Of a stretch of DNA of 64,000 bases, positions 57,501 to 64,000 are shown piece after piece. The stretch is from IMG/VR virus record IMGVR_UViG_3300047321_000238, positions 62,001-126,000 of that record; one strand, written 5' to 3'. Under the pieces are notes generated by a model that searched no databases, was not told the DNA's origin, and saw only the letters and a list, made by a program, of their open reading frames with translations. The translations under genes and the position numbers were made by a program. Numbering within the stretch: the first letter of the stretch is position 1; every line of letters starts with the position of its first letter.

Positions 57501-57862
57501 AAAACAAAAGGACATTAATCATGAGGAGGTAAATAGGTCTTATGATTTAAATTTTTGGAGTTATAATTGAGGGAATATAAATAGCCAAAAACCCGTTTCT
57601 CCTTAGTGCCTATTTGCTAATGCGAGAAGGTTATAACTTGTGAGTATAGAAAGTCCTCTATACTTGATAATGAGAATAGTTGCCCGTATTCCCTTGTGGT
57701 TAAGACAATTATTCAATAGTTCGTGAGGCTACCAGTCTGGCAACAGATGAGAGTTTGTGGTAATCTCGAAACCACCAAATCGACAAGTGAGTGAAAAGCT
57801 CACAAAAAAAATCCTAATTCTCTTCTAATCGAAAGAGCAAGTTTTAGTATGCTTGCTCTTTT
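57501..57862 (+). ncRNA. candidate structured ncRNA ending in a terminator
   Basis: AGTATAGA/TCTATACT, GAATAGTTG/CAATTATTC, TCTG-GCAA-CAGA, GTGAG/CTCAC; AAAGAGCAAG/CTTGCTCTTT hairpin. Confidence 0.45.
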
Positions 57863-57869
57863 ATATTAT

Positions 57870-57952
57870 GCCGATATAGTTCAAGGTGAGCACTAAGGGA
57901 GCTCCGCTAACGTGGCTTAGAAGTGTAGGTTCGATTCCTATAGTCGGCACCA
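57870..57952 (+). tRNA. tRNA-Thr-like body with 18-nt insertion-type anticodon loop
   Basis: GCCGATA...AGTCGGC-ACCA; CTAAG/CTTAG stem around GGAGCTCCGCTAACGTGG. Confidence 0.75.
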
Positions 57953-58194
57953 TTGACATACTATTAATTTTATGGTAATGTCAAATATATAATATTAATT
58001 TGTTGCAAATACATAGTATATATTTCTTGAGTAAGATTAATGATAACGATTAATTTTGCTAGGTTAAAAGCCACATGTAAATATATACTTTGTGTTTTTA
58101 ATAACATTATCAAAAAAAATAAATTATTAAGAGTAAAGTATTTTTATATGATTAGTGTTGACTTATTTGTAAACTAATAACATGAGTGATGAGA

Positions 58195-58226
58195 AGAGAG
58201 CGGCTGTACCCCGTCTCTCTTTTTAT
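58195..58226 (+). terminator. Rho-independent terminator
   Basis: AGAGAG.CGG/CCGTCTCTCT followed by T run. Confidence 0.7.
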
Positions 58227-58374
58227 TATGCAAAAACTAAGTATTTTTAATTACAATTGGTAGCTTACTGTAAAAAGAGGTTCCTATTTTGTTAAATTAA
58301 AGGTAAAATAGAGGTAATATTAAAATGTTACTTGTATTTTAACTTTAAATTAAAAAGCAAAGGAGAAAATTAAT

Positions 58375-59175
58375 ATGATTAAAAAAACAATAGCAATTCT
58401 ATTAATGATTGTTGTAACAATACCATCATTGAAAACAAATGCTACTGTTTTAGTACCTGAGCAAAACAGTACAACAACAATTAAAGTTGAGGACAAATTA
58501 TTAAATCCTACAAGTTATCAGTACCTTACAGTGACAGATTTCAGATTGAAGAATTTTATTGAAATTGTCGAAGAAGCGAAAAAACTAAAAGAGGAGATAA
58601 AAGCAGCACAAGAAAAACAAGCAGCAATAGATAAAGCAAGACAAGCCGTAATCGATGACAATAGTAGAAAGAATAATGTTCATGTTTATCAAGAAAATCT
58701 TACTAGTGTGTCAGGAATTACAGTAGAAGAATTAAATCAAGTATTTTATAAAATTGGAAAACCAAAAATGGCAAAGTATTCTCAAGCATTTATTGATGCA
58801 GAGAAACAATACGGAGTCAATGCACTATTTATAGCTTCAATAGTTGCACAAGAATCTGGCTGGGCCACCAAAGCTGGTGGAACTAATGGTACTAACTTAA
58901 CTGGGCATGCAGTATATAATGCTCAAGCGACAGGAACTACTTTCAATTCAGGTTATGAAGGTATACTAGAAACCGCAAGACTATTAAAAGAAGATTACTT
59001 GACATCAAGTGGAAAATATTTTAATGGATATAGCGTAGAAGATGTAAATCTACATTATTGTTTATTACAAGATATGAAGACTACTGATTATAAATGGTCG
59101 GTAGCTATTACAAATATAGAAAATACTTTTGAAAAAGTTTATCAACACGATGTAAAAACATTAGAACAAATCTAA
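58375..59175 (+). CDS. secreted glucosaminidase (GH73-like) cell-wall hydrolase
   Basis: Signal peptide; AEKQYGVNALFIASIVAQESGW, NLTG. Confidence 0.85.
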   Translation: MIKKTIAILLMIVVTIPSLKTNATVLVPEQNSTTTIKVEDKLLNPTSYQYLTVTDFRLKNFIEIVEEAKKLKEEIKAAQEKQAAIDKARQAVIDDNSRKNNVHVYQENLTSVSGITVEELNQVFYKIGKPKMAKYSQAFIDAEKQYGVNALFIASIVAQESGWATKAGGTNGTNLTGHAVYNAQATGTTFNSGYEGILETARLLKEDYLTSSGKYFNGYSVEDVNLHYCLLQDMKTTDYKWSVAITNIENTFEKVYQHDVKTLEQI

Positions 59176-59200
59176 TACAACAATATCTGATGGAGGATTT

Positions 59201-59869
59201 ATGGCAAAAGAAATCAAAGAAAAACAGATTGATTTTATAATAGACGATATAATGACTTCAGAACAAGTTGCCAATTATTATGAAGTTGGAATAGATGCAA
59301 TTCAAATTATGATTACTAGACATAGAAAAGAATTCGATAAAAGTGGACTAAAAGTTCTTAAATCAAATGAACTAAAAGAATTTAAGAAAAACTTACAAAA
59401 TAAATCTATTGTTGAAAAATTAAAGTTTGTATCTAAATTAACAATATTAAATTATGATTCGATATTGTTAACAGCATTTTATCTTCAAAATAATCATGTA
59501 GCAAATAAAGTTAAAATAGAAATATTGAAAGTCAATTCAGAACTATATAAATATTATGAAGATATAACAATATCTAAAGGATACAAAAAAAGATTTGAAA
59601 AGGGTTTTGAAGAAGTTATATATCCATTATTTAATAAGCATAACAAGATAGAAAAACAAGTTCAATGTGGCAAATATTTTATAGATTTTGTTATCAATGA
59701 TAAGATAGCTATTGAAATAGATGAAAATGGTCATAAAGACTATGATGTTCTAAATGAAATAAAAAGAGAAAGAGCCATAAAAGCAAAAGGATATAAGCTA
59801 TTAAGATTCAATCCAGAAGAACAAGATTGCCTGGAATTCATAGGTGAAATTATTGAGTTGTTAAAATAG
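59201..59869 (+). CDS. ORF6N-like DNA-binding domain fused to DUF559/Vsr-like PD-(D/E)xK nuclease
   Basis: MTSEQVANYYEV...RHRKEF; KYFIDFVI...AIEIDENGH. Confidence 0.75.
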   Translation: MAKEIKEKQIDFIIDDIMTSEQVANYYEVGIDAIQIMITRHRKEFDKSGLKVLKSNELKEFKKNLQNKSIVEKLKFVSKLTILNYDSILLTAFYLQNNHVANKVKIEILKVNSELYKYYEDITISKGYKKRFEKGFEEVIYPLFNKHNKIEKQVQCGKYFIDFVINDKIAIEIDENGHKDYDVLNEIKRERAIKAKGYKLLRFNPEEQDCLEFIGEIIELLK

Positions 59870-59920
59870 CATTTCAATATTTACAATATATAAATAATAT
59901 AAATCAAGGGGGAAAATATC

Positions 59921-61084
59921 ATGAAAAACGCAAAAATGATTAATTTAGTAGAGGACAAACAAGCAAGGGAAGGTTTAATCGCTCGTACAGAGGTATTAGA
60001 TAGAGTAAAGGTTATACCTTACTTAACATCTGATTTAGTAATTGATACAAAAACCGTATCAGATTATTATGGAGTTGGGAAAAAAGCAATTGATTCATTA
60101 TTAATAAGACATAAAGATGAATTAGAATTAAACGGTCTAACAATCCTTAAGGGAGATGAATTAAAAGAGTTTAAGACTCACCTTCAAAATGAAGGCGACT
60201 CCGTAAGATTAAAAAGAGTAGCTACTTTGGCTTTATTTACAAAAAGAGCTTTATTAAATGTTGGTATGTTATTAACTGATTCAGAAGTTGCTGAAAAAGT
60301 AAGAGATTATCTTTTAAATATTGAAGAAAATTCTACTGATGAACAAAAAACAGCAGCAGCAGATGAAACTATTAAGAAAGCTACAATGACTAAAGAAGAA
60401 TTAAAAGAACACAATGCTAAGAAATTATTAAACAAGCAACACAGAGAAAAAAGTAAATTAGTTAAAATACAAGCAACAATAGATAGATGTACTCTTTATG
60501 GAATTCCTAAAGAAGAGGCTAGTTTCTTAGTTCAAAAAGCATTAGCTGAAGGTGTAAAAGTAGAAACAGTTATACTTGGACAAGTAGAAAAGAATAAAGA
60601 ATTAGCTGTTAATGTTAATAGAGGCATTGTAAGAGAGAAGATTGATTATGTTGCAAATAATTGTTATGATGGCGATTATGAAATAGTATATCATTTAATG
60701 TCTGAAAAAATGAGATTTGAAATAGGATTTAATATGAGAGCTCATAGAAGTAGACTTAAAGCTGCTAATGAAAAGAGAGTTGCTAAAGGAGAAAAGAAGT
60801 TAGATGTTCCATCTTATTTAGACATCATCGTTGAATACAATGCTTTTGCATCAGCAGATAAAGTAATAAATGCATTGATTGATGAAAAGGACGAGATGAA
60901 AGTTAAAGTAGCGGAAATGAGAGCAGAGAAAATAGAAGCTGAAAAAGCTGAAAAAGCTAAAATAGCAAAAGCAAAGGCTAAAGCTGAAGAAGCTAAAACT
61001 ATTAAAGTAACTTATGTAGAACCAAAACCTACTGGAAAAGCTTCTCAAAAACCAAAGAATCCTAAGAAAGATTTTACATTTTAA
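59921..61084 (+). CDS. ORF6N-like antirepressor-type DNA-binding protein
   Basis: TKTVSDYYGVG...RHKDEL; LFTKRALLNVGMLLTDSEVA.KVRDYLL. Confidence 0.75.
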   Translation: MKNAKMINLVEDKQAREGLIARTEVLDRVKVIPYLTSDLVIDTKTVSDYYGVGKKAIDSLLIRHKDELELNGLTILKGDELKEFKTHLQNEGDSVRLKRVATLALFTKRALLNVGMLLTDSEVAEKVRDYLLNIEENSTDEQKTAAADETIKKATMTKEELKEHNAKKLLNKQHREKSKLVKIQATIDRCTLYGIPKEEASFLVQKALAEGVKVETVILGQVEKNKELAVNVNRGIVREKIDYVANNCYDGDYEIVYHLMSEKMRFEIGFNMRAHRSRLKAANEKRVAKGEKKLDVPSYLDIIVEYNAFASADKVINALIDEKDEMKVKVAEMRAEKIEAEKAEKAKIAKAKAKAEEAKTIKVTYVEPKPTGKASQKPKNPKKDFTF

Positions 61085-61101
61085 ATAAAAGGTATAAGAC
61101 T

Positions 61102-61144
61102 CTCTTTCTTAAGTAATGTATATTGAAATTTACTTAAGAAAGAG
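61102..61144. promoter_or_regulatory. Perfect 15-bp inverted repeat overlapping the protease SD
   Basis: CTCTTTCTTAAGTAA-13 nt-TTACTTAAGAAAGAG. Confidence 0.7.
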
Positions 61145-61155
61145 GGTTCTTTATT

Positions 61156-61875
61156 ATGATTTATAATTTAAGAAAACAAAAAGAAGACGAAAGGGATTTC
61201 ATGCTTTCAGCTATTGTGGCTCCGCAAGCAAAATTACCTAAGTCGGTTGACTTAAGAAGTCAATGTCCACCAATTTTTGATCAAGGGCAATTAGGCTCAT
61301 GTTCAGCTAATGCAGGATGTGCTAGTATTGCTACATTGCTCAAAAAACCAACCCTTACACTTTCTAGATTATATATGTATTATAGAGAAAGAGAAAAGGA
61401 AGGTACAATTTCACAAGACAGTGGTGCTCAAATGAGAGATATATGTAAAGTTGCAGCTGTAGGTGTATGTGAAGAAAAATACATGCCTTATGTAATTGCT
61501 GACTTTGCTAAGATTCCATCAACTGAAGCTACTGCAAATGCTGTAAACTACAAAGCAAATGGTTATCATGCAGTTAGAACATTAAATGAAATTAAACAAG
61601 TTTTAGCTTTAGGTTCAACAGTTCTTACTGGTATGCAAGTCTTTGAAAGTTTTGAATCAGCAACTGTTGCAAAAACAGGAGTAGTTCCAATGCCAAAATC
61701 TAACGAACAAAACTTAGGCGGACATGCTGTAGAGTTCGTAGGTTATGAAGATGCTAAGAAAAGACTTATTGTAAGAAATTCTTGGGGAACTGCATGGGGA
61801 GATAAGGGATATTTCTATATGCCTTACGACTTCATAACACAAGGATTCGCATTCGATTTTTGGGTGCTAGTTTAA
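61156..61875 (+). CDS. papain-like (C1) cysteine peptidase
   Basis: DQGQLGSCSANA, GGHAV, RNSWG..WGDKGYF. Confidence 0.95.
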   Translation: MIYNLRKQKEDERDFMLSAIVAPQAKLPKSVDLRSQCPPIFDQGQLGSCSANAGCASIATLLKKPTLTLSRLYMYYREREKEGTISQDSGAQMRDICKVAAVGVCEEKYMPYVIADFAKIPSTEATANAVNYKANGYHAVRTLNEIKQVLALGSTVLTGMQVFESFESATVAKTGVVPMPKSNEQNLGGHAVEFVGYEDAKKRLIVRNSWGTAWGDKGYFYMPYDFITQGFAFDFWVLV

Positions 61876-61896
61876 AATTGAATAGAGAATGATTCT

Positions 61897-61928
61897 AAAA
61901 CCCTACATGTTAATTCGTGTAGGGTTTT
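61897..61928 (+). terminator. Rho-independent terminator
   Basis: AAAACCCTACA/TGTAGGGTTTT. Confidence 0.8.
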
Positions 61929-62001
61929 AATATTATTCTTTTATAGAATAAATATAAAATAAATGATAGAATATAAACATATAAAACAAGGAGGAAACAT
62001 A

Positions 62002-62601
62002 ATGAATACAAGCAATTTAGTGCCAATGGTTATAGAAAGAGAAGGTAACTCTGAAAGGGCAATGGATTTAATCAGTAGAATGATGAAAGACAGGATTATA
62101 TTTCTTAATGGAGAAGTAAATGATATGTCAGCAAATCTATTAGTATCACAACTAATATTTTTAGAAGCAGATAGCCCAAACCAACCAATAACAATGTATA
62201 TCAACAGTCCAGGTGGTTCAGTTACTGCAGGACTTGCAATCAAAAATACAATGCATTACGTAAAAAGTCCAGTATGGACAGTAGGAATGGGAATGTGTGC
62301 CTCTATGGGAGCATTCTTACTAGCGTCAGGGGAGCCAGGACATAGATCGGTATTGCCAGATACAACGGTAATGATACATCAAGTATTAGGTGGTGCAGAA
62401 GGACAAGTTACCGATATGAAATTAAGAGTAGAATTTGCAGAAAGTCTTAAGATTAAATTAAATAAATACCTTTCACAATATACACAAGGAAAAGTAGACT
62501 ATGATACAATGGTAGCTCTGTGTGAAAGAGATAATTTTTTAACAGCTGAAAAAGCGTTAGAATTAGGATTAATAGATGAAATAGTAGAAAAACAAGTATA
62601 A
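62002..62601 (+). CDS. clpP: ATP-dependent Clp protease proteolytic subunit
   Basis: YINSPGGSVTAG, CASMGAFLL, MIHQ, RDNFL; start after AAGGAGG. Confidence 0.95.
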   Translation: MNTSNLVPMVIEREGNSERAMDLISRMMKDRIIFLNGEVNDMSANLLVSQLIFLEADSPNQPITMYINSPGGSVTAGLAIKNTMHYVKSPVWTVGMGMCASMGAFLLASGEPGHRSVLPDTTVMIHQVLGGAEGQVTDMKLRVEFAESLKIKLNKYLSQYTQGKVDYDTMVALCERDNFLTAEKALELGLIDEIVEKQV

Positions 62602-62616
62602 GAGGAGGCATAACTA

Positions 62617-63873
62617 ATGAGTAATGAAAAGAAAATTTGTGGATTTTGTGGCAAAACAGAAGGAGCAATGATAAGAGGAGTTTCTAGTTTTATATGCTTC
62701 GATTGTTTAGGGATTTGTAATGAAAAAATCAAAGGCGTAAAATCTAAAGGAAAACAATTAAAGCTTATAGCTAATTTAAAGCCATCAGCTATTAAAAATA
62801 TGTTAAACGAGTACGTAATTGATCAAGATATTGCTAAGGAAAAATTAGCAGTAGCTATTTATAATCATTATAAGATGAATAAGTACTTTGATGAACATGA
62901 TGGCAATCCACCAATCGAGATTGAAAAATCTAATGTAATTTTACTAGGTCCAACAGGTTCAGGTAAAACACATATAGTTAAGACATTAGCAAAAGAATTA
63001 GGGATTCCACTTGGAATTGCAGATGCTACTGGATTAACTGAAGCAGGATACGTTGGAGAAGACGTTGAAAATTGTATAAGAAAGTTAATTGAAAATGCAG
63101 ATGGAGACGTAGAAAAAGCAGCTAGAGGAATAATCTATATAGATGAAATCGATAAGATTTGCCGTAAAGGTGAAAATGTCTCTGTTTCAAGAGACGTATC
63201 TGGAGAAGGAGTTCAACAAGCTCTATTAAAATTAGTTGAAGGTACGATTGCAGAAGTTCCACCAAAGGGAGGAAGAAAGCATCCAGATCAAGAATGTATT
63301 AAGATTGATACATCAAGAATACTATTTATAGTAGGAGGATCTTTTGAAGGTATAGAAAAAACTATAGCTAAAAGAAAACAAGGTAAATCTACTATGGGAT
63401 TTGGTTCTAAAATAGTAGATACAAAGAAAGCTGAATTTAATGAATACATCCACGATGTAGTTGTTGATGATATAAAGAAGTTTGGAATGTTACCTGAATT
63501 CTTAGGAAGATTCCCTGTTATAGCTACACTGAATGAATTGAATGAAGAAGCTTTAATTAAAATATTAACCGAGCCAAAAAATTCTTTAGTTAAGCAATAT
63601 ACAGAACTATTAAAGATGGATTCAATCGATCTTATTATTGAACCTGGAGCACTTGCAGCAATAGCACATAAAGCTATTGAAAGAAAAACTGGTGCAAGAA
63701 GTTTAAGAGCAATAGTAGATGAAAAATTACTAGACTACATGTACAAGTTGCCAGATGATGAGTTGGCAGACACGATTACTATAACAAAAGAAGTAATTGA
63801 AGAAAATGCAGAAGCTGTTATAACTCATAGAGAACCAACACCAGAAGAAGAAATTGAACAAATAGCAGAATAA
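62617..63873 (+). CDS. clpX: ATP-dependent Clp protease ATPase subunit
   Basis: CGFCG..C..C zinc domain, GPTGSGKT, YIDEIDK, RDVSGEGVQQ, GGRKHP, MGF loop, GARSLR. Confidence 0.95.
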   Translation: MSNEKKICGFCGKTEGAMIRGVSSFICFDCLGICNEKIKGVKSKGKQLKLIANLKPSAIKNMLNEYVIDQDIAKEKLAVAIYNHYKMNKYFDEHDGNPPIEIEKSNVILLGPTGSGKTHIVKTLAKELGIPLGIADATGLTEAGYVGEDVENCIRKLIENADGDVEKAARGIIYIDEIDKICRKGENVSVSRDVSGEGVQQALLKLVEGTIAEVPPKGGRKHPDQECIKIDTSRILFIVGGSFEGIEKTIAKRKQGKSTMGFGSKIVDTKKAEFNEYIHDVVVDDIKKFGMLPEFLGRFPVIATLNELNEEALIKILTEPKNSLVKQYTELLKMDSIDLIIEPGALAAIAHKAIERKTGARSLRAIVDEKLLDYMYKLPDDELADTITITKEVIEENAEAVITHREPTPEEEIEQIAE

Positions 63874-63927
63874 AAATTATCAAAATATAAAAATAATAAT
63901 ATGAAGAAATTCGAGGAGGAATTAACA

Positions 63928-64000
63928 ATGAATAAATTATCACAAAACTTTTACAACATGATGCAAGAAGGATACAAAATGGCGAAAGGAATTACTGACG
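63928..64000 (+). CDS. 5' end of a hypothetical protein (partial)
   Basis: GAGGAGG SD; MNKLSQNF... runs off the window. Confidence 0.6.
   Translation, partial: MNKLSQNFYNMMQEGYKMAKGITD

Noticed and set aside
1302-62732. Numerous minus-strand ORFs in the track (e.g. 2114-2635, 22389-22901, 26589-26975, 40594-41022, 61941-62243)
   Set aside because: They lie antisense to well-supported + strand genes, lack SDs and have shadow-ORF composition; only 29164-29472 is accepted

Overview
Very AT-rich, gene-dense, almost entirely + strand window that looks like the accessory/early and tRNA region of a large (jumbo-type) phage of a spore-forming Firmicute. A Clostridium-like host is inferred from SpoIIID, YyaC and a Clostridium-style secreted protein. 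No capsid, tail, terminase, integrase, rRNA or CRISPR array is visible. Layout: (1) 1-6350, hypotheticals, RNase HI and two long non-coding regions carrying repeats that can form GNA/GNNA DNA mini-hairpins; (2) 6600-17061, a tandem array of about 13 diverged ~105-aa paralogs plus unrelated proteins, all starting with the same M-E-L-L-K-Y-I-N-like peptide (about 24 ORFs in the window); (3) 17500-52800, auxiliary genes (SPFH lipoprotein, MBL hydrolase, split ABC transporter with PspA and SBP-OmpA, guanylate kinase, NAMPT/NadR/PnuC/NUDIX/macro/SLOG NAD set, SpoIIID, YyaC, nucleotidyltransferase, dCMP deaminase, radical SAM); (4) 52850-57950, a sigma-A-driven RNA cluster with about 12 decodable tRNAs, about 9 tRNA-like genes with rebuilt anticodon arms, and several unnamed structured RNAs, including a duplicated, covarying ~74-nt RNA paired with aberrant tRNA-Pro bodies; (5) 58375-64000, glucosaminidase, two ORF6N-like proteins, a papain-like protease, ClpP and ClpX. 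The top candidates for novelty are the shared N-terminal tag system and the tRNA-mimic/partner-RNA cassette. All functional calls come from motif recognition by eye; no database searches were run.
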